From positions 228,966,001-229,030,000 of the forward strand of contig CM097883.1 in NCBI GenBank assembly GCA_044892505.1: 64,000 nucleotides of DNA, in the 5' to 3' direction. Under the pieces are notes generated by a model that was not told the origin of the DNA, made no database searches, and worked only from the letters and a program-made list of their open reading frames with translations. Shown piece by piece: positions 42,932-52,000 of this stretch. The position numbers and the translations under genes were made by a program. Positions within the stretch are counted from its first letter, which is position 1. The number at the start of each line of letters is the position of its first letter. This stretch comes from Schmidtea nova (taxonomy: Eukaryota).

Positions 42932-43567
42932 TCAACTGAAGGCCCTCAAGTCCTGATCGGCAGGATGCTCGTCGCGACGAATTCCATTCTCCCAATACAT
43001 TTCTGGGGCTGGGGTCCAACTCAGCTTATCTTTGTAGATAAACACCTCCCAGAGGCGAAGCTCCTCGGACTCGGGGTGTTGTTCCACGGACACACTTCCT
43101 GGTGCATTGGAATAAGTGAAGACTTCCTCAGTGTAGCGACACCGAGGCCTGTCTAGCAGCAGGTATCCTAATTGGAAAAGAGCCCTTCCGGTCATCATTC
43201 CATTGCTCAATACCCAGCGGGGTCGTCTCTGCTCGTCGAGAAATTGGAAGAACCATCTATCGGTCCTTGGTTCGGCAGGGTCCATGGTGGACATCCAATC
43301 GGGGTCTCCTTCCCATCGTAATTGTATCGTGAAGGCGCAAGCCGGAACATCTGCGGCTGCACTCATATGGTGTCTTGTCCACCGCCGTAGGTGGCGACGC
43401 GCAGTTTCGCTAATTCTGCGTGGGGCTTCCATTTCTCCCTCGATGGTAAGGATCCTCCTTGGCCGGACGACGGAACGGATGCGTCGTGGTTTCCGGACGA
43501 CATAATCTTCCATTTTCATCTGTCGATAGGTGCTCGGACTTCTTTGATATTCTTCGGTCTTTATCAT
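42932..43567 (-). CDS. LTR-region ORF, 211 aa: Arg-rich N-terminus, Trp-rich globular C-terminus
   Basis: Intact ORF; strong splice acceptor cttcttgtcttcag 4 nt before the ATG. Confidence 0.7.
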   Translation of the reverse strand: MIKTEEYQRSPSTYRQMKMEDYVVRKPRRIRSVVRPRRILTIEGEMEAPRRISETARRHLRRWTRHHMSAAADVPACAFTIQLRWEGDPDWMSTMDPAEPRTDRWFFQFLDEQRRPRWVLSNGMMTGRALFQLGYLLLDRPRCRYTEEVFTYSNAPGSVSVEQHPESEELRLWEVFIYKDKLSWTPAPEMYWENGIRRDEHPADQDLRAFS

Positions 43568-44619
43568 TTTTCTGAAGACAAGAAGATGTGATTGTGATGA
43601 ATTTGTTAGGTGCGTGCAATTATTTATAATCGGCGACCTACTCGACTCAAGAGTAAGACTCTGTGGGTTGCCGTTGGTGTTTCAGTGTTAGATCGGTTCG
43701 ATGTTCAAGATAGTGGGTAGGTTGTATATTATCGTCATGTGGTTGAGTGTATTCACTATGTCAAGTTGCTTAACTGATTTGGCCACGCAAAAAATTCAGT
43801 TCAGTTTATGACAATCTGTATTCATTTATGATGATCACTTGATCATTTATTATATTAGAATGTCATCATTTCATAGACCATTTTGGTTTATATCTACAGC
43901 AATCATACTCACTCGCATCTCAGGTGTTATCTCCATACCTAATTTTCAATTAACAATGGTCACATCATCCGGGGAACATGTTCGACCCCTTACTCAGGTT
44001 AATTGGGTACAGATTGTGCTTGTATTATATTTCGTGGGACTATCCTTTGTACCCTTCGTGAGGCGTATTTATGTTGGGGCATCCTGTGGATTCATGGTTT
44101 TACTCCGACGCTAGCACTGTCAGCCTCTGAACTCACCTGCCTCATGTAGTGTATATCTCCATACTAACCCTTTGCACCAAACCGTCGTTACTCTACTTGA
44201 CTTCACGAACGCGGAACACTTCCTCGTCGATCAACCCGTCTTTTATGTAAACTCCTTTACTCGATGTTGTCGGGACAGATGATACGCCCTTCAATTACTT
44301 CTACCCATCCTGGGGTTATGATGACCTGAGATATCCGATGTGCCCTTCCCCCTTCCGCTTGTTAAATATTTAGAACACTTATGGTCCCGCCGCATCAGCA
44401 CCTCACAACCTAAAGATTGTGTTGCGCTGAGAGGCCCCAAGAATCCGTCAGGCTGTTAGGCCTCCGGAAAACCTTATAGATTTTATTATGGTTAGCAATT
44501 ATAATTATGAGGGTTTAAAAGACTAATACAACTTGAATTACCTTTTATTTATTTCCAAATTGGTTTCACAATGTTCTCAGTAGTCACAAACAATTCACCC
44601 TTGGTAAAGATAACATTGT

Positions 44620-44680
44620 CAAATACTGATTTGACTTCAGTATTTATACTCCACCGGTGTTGTTGGTTAGCCAATCAGCA
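44620..44680 (-). promoter_or_regulatory. Candidate LTR promoter
   Basis: ATTGG/CCAAT box 44671-44675, TATAAATA 44648-44641, TCAGT initiator-like 44629-44625 (TATA-Inr spacing slightly short). Confidence 0.5.
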
Positions 44681-45049
44681 TCGAGTATGTGTGTATGTTT
44701 GCTTCATTATTTTGTGTTGTCGGCTTTTTGCTGCCTAACTTAACTTGCCGATTTGTTTGGTTAATCATGCGGTAAGTTTTTCTTAGTCATCAATTTATTT
44801 TATTTTATTTTTGTTTTAGGTCTTTGGTGACATCCGCCCACGCGCTGTCATATTCCAATTTTATCTGCTTCGCATGAGTAAGTTTTGAAGATTTTTGTTG
44901 TTTTGATTAATATTTTATTTCTTTTAGATGTTGCCGCCTATTTTGTTACGCTTTGGTGTTGGTAATTTATTTTGTTGTTATTCTGTTGTAAATTTATTTT
45001 ATTGATTGTATATTATTTTCAGATGCTGCTCGATTTGGCTGGCCCAACA

Positions 45050-45085
45050 TCACTCGGGGTCCCCTTAAAATTGCGTCCCGCAATT
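45050..45085 (-). promoter_or_regulatory. Hairpin plus short polypurine tract preceding the LTR
   Basis: Minus strand AATTGCG-GGA-CGCAATT TTAAGGGGACCCCGAGTGA|TGTTGGG; the PPT is atypically interrupted. Confidence 0.55.
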
Positions 45086-45254
45086 ACATGCATACACTTA
45101 CATCAACATACATAAAAAGTTCGTGACAGAACTTACATGCAAAACCACATAAGGTGGTAGCTTTCATACTCATTTATACACAAAGTCACACATTGTCATT
45201 GTCATGTTTATATTGTTACACAGTTCAATGTTTCTGGCTCATAGGGGTTGATTT

Positions 45255-45779
45255 TCAGGTCCTTTCACTTGTTGACTGCATTTCGTATCGGGCTTGGATT
45301 TGTCGTAGATGGCTTCTCATTCTTTGTTGGGTTTTTGCTTCTCTTTTGGCACATCTACACATTATCATTTGTTGTTGTTTGAGGCTTCTGATTCGATATA
45401 GGGTATAGGTAATCACGATGATCAGGATGATTGTTAATATTGTCATTGTGACTATTCCGACGATGATCCATCTGTTTCGGATTTCGGATTCGATTTGGGT
45501 TTGACCTTTGATTGGCTTTAGCTGATCTTGGAATGTTTTATGGATTTCTCGGATCTTCTCGATTTGATCGAATAGGGTTTGTAAGGGTTTGCGATGATCA
45601 TGACTGATTCGCATTTGTCGGATTAATTGTTTCAAGTCTTCTCTGACTTCATTTAGTTGTTTTTCGATCTCCTGGGATATTTCATTTGACAGGGTTCTTT
45701 GAATTTCGGTTGTCGAACAGTTCATGATTGTTATGGTTAACATAGTTGTTAGGATTGGTAGGGTTTTGAGCCAGTTCAT
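45255..45779 (-). CDS. Accessory type I membrane protein, 174 aa
   Basis: Signal-peptide-like N-terminus, heptad-rich ectodomain, TM WIIVGIVTMTILTIILIIVITYTLY, basic Cys-containing tail. Confidence 0.75.
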   Translation of the reverse strand: MNWLKTLPILTTMLTITIMNCSTTEIQRTLSNEISQEIEKQLNEVREDLKQLIRQMRISHDHRKPLQTLFDQIEKIREIHKTFQDQLKPIKGQTQIESEIRNRWIIVGIVTMTILTIILIIVITYTLYRIRSLKQQQMIMCRCAKREAKTQQRMRSHLRQIQARYEMQSTSERT

Positions 45780-45852
45780 TTCTGATTATTCTACTGATTA
45801 ATACCTGTTACATCGATTTGTACATTTTTACACACGGATTTTTCGCCTCTTT

Positions 45853-47025
45853 TTACACATCCGTCTCCTCTGGTTCATGAAACCCTTCATCTTGGAGCTC
45901 CATTGGTGGTGGTGGTATAAACGGTAACCACACCACTCTGCTTCTCCACATTGCAATTTCATCTTGATACGTTCGAGAGATTTGTATCTCTTCATCTAAC
46001 AGATACTCCATATAGTCTGATTGTTCGCTCAGAGTTTCAATTTGTCTTTCCATCTCTTCCACTTTTCTCTTCATGTCTTCTACTTCTGTTGGTTCGGTTT
46101 CTACTTCTGTGGTTTCTTTCTCTGCTTTCAGGGTTATTATCTGCTGTTTCAGTTCCTCATTTTCTTTCGTCAAATTCGTTATATTCTCCTCGTAAGCTCG
46201 GTTTGATTCCGCATGTCTTTCCTTCACAGATTTCAGTTCCATTTTCTTTTGGGTCACCACCCCTTGATAACCATTTACATCTCTTTCCAGACTTTCTTTT
46301 TCCCTGATCAACTTTTGTCTTTCCGCTTCTTCTTTTTGTCTAATGCCTCGCATTTCTTCATTTATCATCTGTATTTGCCATTGCGTTTTCTTTAGTTCCT
46401 TTGCCTGTTCTCGAATAATTCGCTGTCGTTTTCGACTCCATTCCTTGTTTGTCTGTTCTTGTCGTTTTCTCTGTTCCAGTTCCTCTTTCAATTCGTCTAT
46501 CTCTTGATACAATTTCCAATCTTCGCTGTATGCTGTCTTTCTGATTATCTCTTTGGCTTCTTTATGCACTCGTTTCGACTCCATCTTCCAATGTCTCGCT
46601 TGAGCCTTGATTGCTAGTATTTTTACCTCCATCTTTTCCTCTTGTTTCTCCTGCTCTTCTCTTCGCGTTTTCATCATATTCCGGTAGTGTTCAGCTTGTT
46701 TTCTCATCAACTGATAGACCTCTTCTATCTTCAGTCGACTTCGTACATTCGTTCCTTTTAGCTTCTCTATTTGTGTTGTCAGTTGTACTATCTCTTTATT
46801 CACTTCCTCGAGTTCTAGTTGGTATAACTCCATTCGTCTCTCGCATTTTAGTTTCTCGTAAAAATTGTTCGTCATCACTTCGTGTAATTCTCTGGTTCTT
46901 TGTTCTACTTCCACTTTACATCTCCTTTCGATTTCTCTTTCGATTTCTCTTTCTATTGCTTCTTGTTCGTTTGACATCTCGTTTCTCGTTTCATCTTCGA
47001 TTACATGTGCATTTGCGTTTTCCAT
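45853..47025 (-). CDS. Accessory long coiled-coil protein, 390 aa
   Basis: E/K/R/Q-rich heptads throughout; ends ...PPPPMELQDEGFHEPEETDV. Confidence 0.8.
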   Translation of the reverse strand: MENANAHVIEDETRNEMSNEQEAIEREIEREIERRCKVEVEQRTRELHEVMTNNFYEKLKCERRMELYQLELEEVNKEIVQLTTQIEKLKGTNVRSRLKIEEVYQLMRKQAEHYRNMMKTRREEQEKQEEKMEVKILAIKAQARHWKMESKRVHKEAKEIIRKTAYSEDWKLYQEIDELKEELEQRKRQEQTNKEWSRKRQRIIREQAKELKKTQWQIQMINEEMRGIRQKEEAERQKLIREKESLERDVNGYQGVVTQKKMELKSVKERHAESNRAYEENITNLTKENEELKQQIITLKAEKETTEVETEPTEVEDMKRKVEEMERQIETLSEQSDYMEYLLDEEIQISRTYQDEIAMWRSRVVWLPFIPPPPMELQDEGFHEPEETDV

Positions 47026-47114
47026 TCTGTAATTTACAAATTTACACTTGTTATACTATACGTTTATTGTTGTCGTCGATTTTTACACTTTATTTACAGG
47101 GTCGTTCACTCTGA

Positions 47115-48527
47115 CTACTCTAACCATCCTTTCGTTGACTTCGTGTTCATCACTGTTGTACTTGCTTTCTTTTCGATCTCCAACTCTACATATAAGTTGT
47201 CGTCGTACAACATCTCCCACATTGTTTGGTGTGGTATGAATTTTGGTTCTCCAGTCGCTAATGAACATTCTGTGGTTGGTCTTTTGTAAGCTTCGTGCTT
47301 ACCATCAATTTTGAATACTCTCGCTATTGTTTCTTTCGAGTTTTTCACTCTCATTATAGCCTTTGTTTCTAGTGGCCATTCTAATATGTCGTCGTAACCA
47401 CCTTTACACAACGCAAAGAATAATGACACATGCGTTTCTTTTCCTGATCCATCTCCATTTGGATAAATTCTCATCCGGACTTTGTATCCGTTTTTCCACA
47501 GATAAAATGGTGGACTTGTTACCGACACTTGACTTCCTGCTTTTGCTGCTGCGAACTTGTCGTTGAAGTTCTTGATTTTCCATACATATGGTGCAACAGG
47601 TAAACTCTCGATATCCTCTGTATCTCGTATCCACATTTGGTGTCGTACATTTACTTCCTTTACTAATGTCTCTATGACTTTGATTTTCTCCATCATTTTC
47701 TCTCTGGTGAGCTCGAATTGTTCTCTTGTTTCTAGTAATAACTCCGTCATTATTCTCTGAGATTCGATTTCTTTTCCCAGCTTCTGTATGGTTTGTTCCA
47801 TTCCGTTCAAATTTGCTGTTAACATCTCGGCGTGTTGTACTGTTTCCGTTTCCAAATGCTCTTTCATCTCTTTGCTCGTTTTCTTTACTACACATCCTTG
47901 TTTACTCCATACGCACTTTCTTGGTCTTGATTCGCATTGTTCCCAATGTTCTCTCAACATCACTTCTTCTCCGGTTCCGCAATTACTTGGACAAATTCCT
48001 CGGAATTTTCCGCACACTTTTTCTTCTGCTACGTTGAGATGTTCTGTTTCGATTACTTCTCTCGTCTCTCTTTGTTCGCAGTATTGACACTCTATTATCT
48101 CTGCTTTGCACTCGTCCTTGTGATTTTTCGACTGCTTGATGGTTATCGTCTGTTGACACTTTTCACATATCGCTTTCTTGTTTTCGCATTTCTCCAGATG
48201 TTGTCTTAGCTCGATTATTTGTCCTTTCCATTCACATGGTTGGTTTATACACTCTGTTTTTATCTTCCAGATCTCCTTTTGTATTGCTTTGTCTGGTTTT
48301 GTTTCGTTGATCAGTAGTTTATCGTCACACTCTGGACACTTTCTTGTCTCACTTTCACTGATTATTTGCAATATACACTTGGTGCACATCCTGCATCCAC
48401 ATTCCGTTTGCCTCGGTTTTAACAGTAGATTTTTACACTTTACACACGTCACATTTACTCCCCATTGTCGATTTTCTCCTCTTAGAGTTTCGATCGTTTG
48501 GTAATCTGCTTCGCTTTCTGCTCTCAT
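47115..48527 (-). CDS. Intronless TRAF-family protein (RING, TRAF Zn fingers, coiled coil, MATH), 470 aa
   Basis: RING CVKC..PRQTECGCRMCTKC..CPEC; CINQPCEWKG; MATH YVWKIKNF..SPPFY..GYKVRMRIYPNGDGSGKETHVSLFFALCKGGYDDILEWP. Confidence 0.95.
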   Translation of the reverse strand: MRAESEADYQTIETLRGENRQWGVNVTCVKCKNLLLKPRQTECGCRMCTKCILQIISESETRKCPECDDKLLINETKPDKAIQKEIWKIKTECINQPCEWKGQIIELRQHLEKCENKKAICEKCQQTITIKQSKNHKDECKAEIIECQYCEQRETREVIETEHLNVAEEKVCGKFRGICPSNCGTGEEVMLREHWEQCESRPRKCVWSKQGCVVKKTSKEMKEHLETETVQHAEMLTANLNGMEQTIQKLGKEIESQRIMTELLLETREQFELTREKMMEKIKVIETLVKEVNVRHQMWIRDTEDIESLPVAPYVWKIKNFNDKFAAAKAGSQVSVTSPPFYLWKNGYKVRMRIYPNGDGSGKETHVSLFFALCKGGYDDILEWPLETKAIMRVKNSKETIARVFKIDGKHEAYKRPTTECSLATGEPKFIPHQTMWEMLYDDNLYVELEIEKKASTTVMNTKSTKGWLE

Positions 48528-48617
48528 TCTACAACAATATTTACATCAATTTCCCCATATTTTTGATTTTTTCTGGTTCTTTATTTACACGTATTTACAC
48601 AGTTTTCCGCTTATTCA

Positions 48618-48968
48618 CTATACATCCTCAGTTGAATCTGGCTCTGGATACACGTCTATCTCATTTACAATCCAGCTCGTCCAACTATCCGGTATTTCTT
48701 CCTCTTCATGTCTCGTTAATCGGTCAATTTCCTCTGCTTGCCAGTTGTTCACTTCATTTAATGTTCGGTTCTCGTTCTGTAATTCGTTTATCTGTATTTG
48801 TTGGATCTCGATTTTGTTCATTGCTTCGCAATTACAGTTATAACTCTCGGTTAATAATTGCGTTTTTGCCGTCAACTGGCTCTGTAATTCATTTACTGTT
48901 CTGGCTAGCAGGTCACATTGTACTTTCCATCTTGTCATCGTTGACATCTCGATATTTTCTTGGTTCAT
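48618..48968 (-). CDS. Accessory short coiled-coil protein, 116 aa
   Basis: Heptad repeat plus acidic Trp-containing tail ending EPDSTEDV. Confidence 0.65.
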   Translation of the reverse strand: MNQENIEMSTMTRWKVQCDLLARTVNELQSQLTAKTQLLTESYNCNCEAMNKIEIQQIQINELQNENRTLNEVNNWQAEEIDRLTRHEEEEIPDSWTSWIVNEIDVYPEPDSTEDV

Positions 48969-49091
48969 TGTTTTTCTAGATTATATACATCATTCTCTTT
49001 TTTCTGTTTTTATGTTTTATAATATTTATACCCATACGTATACGGTTATGCATTGGTTTTTACACTATTATTTACACTCATATTCCACCCT

Positions 49092-52000
49092 CTATACCAC
49101 TATTACTGGTTTTCCTTCGTACAGTTCCTCGTCCTCGATCTGTACCCACATCTCTTCGTGTTTTGATCGTCTTTTTAGCTCTTCTCGTACTTCTTTTGGT
49201 AGTTTTATGTTGTAATTCGTGACCTTTACCTCTGGCCATTTTACTGCTATGGTCTTATTTCTCATGCCATATCTCCAACATACTATCATGATCGTTATCA
49301 GTGGTATACACGCTATGAATACTCCCATGCTGATTAATCCCATTACTGTTTTTCCAATGCTCATTCTTGGAGTCTCACTTTGGTTTATCATCACGCCGTA
49401 TTGACCTTTCCATTCTGCTTCCCATTGTTCATATTGTTGTTGTCTCCGTCTGACTTCTTCGATCACTTTCTCTGGTTCCCATTTTTCTTGTCGATTTGGT
49501 ATTGTTTCTTCCTTCTCGTTTTGTTCTCTCTTCTGACTCAATTCTCGGAATTCTAACTTTTTGATTCTCCTCTTTATCGGTGTGTAGTAGGTTTCGCACC
49601 TTTCTTGTGGATTTCCTTGTGTATCCACTTCTTCAATTGCACACACTACGTATTCTGCATTTGTTTTCAACTTCCTCATTTCTACCTCGATTGTTTCCTT
49701 TTTGTCATTTGATGTCTTTTGACAGTTTCGTGGAGACTTTCCCATACTGTTTGGCATTAATGTCCAACAGATTTCTAGGACCTTTTTATGGATCTTCCAT
49801 ATTATCAGAGTCGTTGATTCTGGTTCGTTTTCTATTGTCGTCCCTTCTGTTGTCTGTTGAGTTCCTTGACTGTTGGTTGTCGTGGTTCTTCTTGACTTTC
49901 TTTTCTTCTGCCGACTTCCTCCCATTTCGATCGTTCTTGTACCGTTAATTTGCTCTGGCGTCTTGTACAGTCTGCACTCCAGGCTTCTTTGTATTACTTC
50001 TCTTATTCTTCGGATTACGCAAATTTCGTAAGCTTGTCCGACTTCGAATCCATTTAGTTGAAACGGGATTCCTCGTTCTCTCGTTTTACATTGCGGTATT
50101 ATGTTGTTGGTCGATACTCCGATGTATTTTCTCCAACACATCCCAATTGTTCTCCGACCAATGTTTTTTATCTCCACTGTTACTACTTCATTTGCAATCG
50201 TTTCTTGATCTTGTTTCTTTCTTTTTGGGAACTCAATTATCTCCTTTGTTTGGAACACTTTACACTCGCTTGTTCCTGGTCTGTTTCCGTTTGCTGCTTT
50301 TTCCATGAGACATAGTTCACATTTTCTATCTGTATCTATTTCGGTTATCTCAATTTCTTCGTTTGTCTCTGCTTCTCGACTTTCTCTTGTTTCGCTGATT
50401 CCAATTACCTCATTGTTTCGTCCCCAACATCTTCCATTCGTTGTTCGTTGATCTTGGATGTTTACTAACGTCATCACGCTGATATCTATGTCCTCCATGA
50501 TTCTCTTAATGAGGATTAATATTAATGCTACACATATCAATTCTGGTTGGAATGTTAATTTGCCCGCTGGATTTTTGGTTATTCTTTCTTTCTCTGTTCG
50601 GTTTCTGATTCCCTCTTCAACTTCGGTTTGATTCTTCCCTTTCTCTGATTCCACTTCTGTTCTTCTCGTTGTCTCTTCGCTTCTTTTCTCAATCCATTTC
50701 TGTATCTTCAGCGCTTCCGTTGCTTTGTATAATTGGCATGCAGTTACTTGAGGTGCTTTTGGTTCTCCTCTCTGCTTTATTGCGCATATTATGTATGACT
50801 TTTCTTTCTCCAATCCTTTGATTTGGATGACGTCTCGCTTCAAATCTGACAATATACACTTCAGCGTATCGTTTTTCTTCAGGTTTTCTTTCCAGCATAT
50901 TCTTTCGTATACTTCATTTCCTCTGATTATCTCTAGCGTGACGTATTGTTTCTTGGCTTCTCCTTGTCCGATGATTGTTATCAATATCGCAATACACAAC
51001 ATTTCCGGTCTCAAAAGTAGACTTCCTGTTCGTTTTCCATAGTTTGTACGTTCGTCTTTTGTTCCATTGTTTTCTCGTTCTTCTGCTTCTCTTTTCTTGT
51101 CGTTTCTCGTTGGCTTCGGTTCTTCTTGTCTTTCTTTTTCATTATCCTCCGTTCTTTTGTTGTCATTGTCTTCGTTGCTCTCTTCGTTGTTGCTTTTGTC
51201 GTCGAAATCTCTGTAACCACCCCCTGGTCCTTTCGAAATGTCGTCCTCGACATTAATTTCTTCAATCAATCTTTCATACGCTTGAACCGCGAGTGTGCTA
51301 GACTCGAATTCACGTATTTCCATCTCCTTGGATGGTTCTATGTCTTTTAATCTACTTTGCTTGATCGCTTCTTTGGCATTTGCCCATTCATTCACATATT
51401 TTCTGAACAAGTCTTTCCATCTTCCTATTCGTTCCTGTTCCTTTGGATTGTTCGTGAATTTCAAATCTCTTCTCTTCAGGAATTCTTCTACTATCTCTGG
51501 CTTTTTGTGTCTCAATAACGCGCTTCTGATACACCAATTCTGATTCTGTTCCATATTGTCATTGATCTTGAATGCCGGTTCCTTGGTGATCGGATTCACC
51601 CATGTTAGTAATGCTCTCGTTTTCTCTATGTCGTGTATCATTACTGTTAGACTGAAGTTCTTTACGTTATTCACCAGGTATTCGATATCGTCTTGCTTCT
51701 TGATGGACTTTATGAACTTGATCATCTCGAAGTTGTTCCACTGTATTGCGATGTCTATGATGGAATTATTCTTTCCATTTTTCCCTTCGATTTTTGCTCC
51801 TGCTTCGTATAATTCATTTAGCACTTTAAAGTTCGTCTTCTTTCTTGCTGCGATTATCATGATTGTATCTCCGTTATCATCAACCGTATTCATGTCCGCT
51901 TCGCATTTGACCATTGCTTTCGTTATTTCTAGCACTTCGTTTTCTTTCTTTCGACGTAATGCCCAGTGTATCGGCAATCTCCCATCCTTTGATAATAGGA

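Larger units (their letters stand above)
41840..45049 (-). repeat. Putative 3' LTR (~3.2 kb)
   Basis: Starts TGTTGGG at 45049, right after the aattgcgggacgcaattttaagggg hairpin/PPT-like stretch. Candidate end CCCTAACA at 41840, where base composition drops to host level. The same terminal words occur on the solo LTR at 22181. The low-coordinate boundary is unverified because the 5' LTR is absent. Confidence 0.6.

Noticed and set aside
44342-44357. Purine tract GGAAGGGGGAAGGG (- strand) as the element's PPT
   Set aside because: It is not followed by a TG LTR start and lies downstream of the TATA box; the 45049 boundary fits better.
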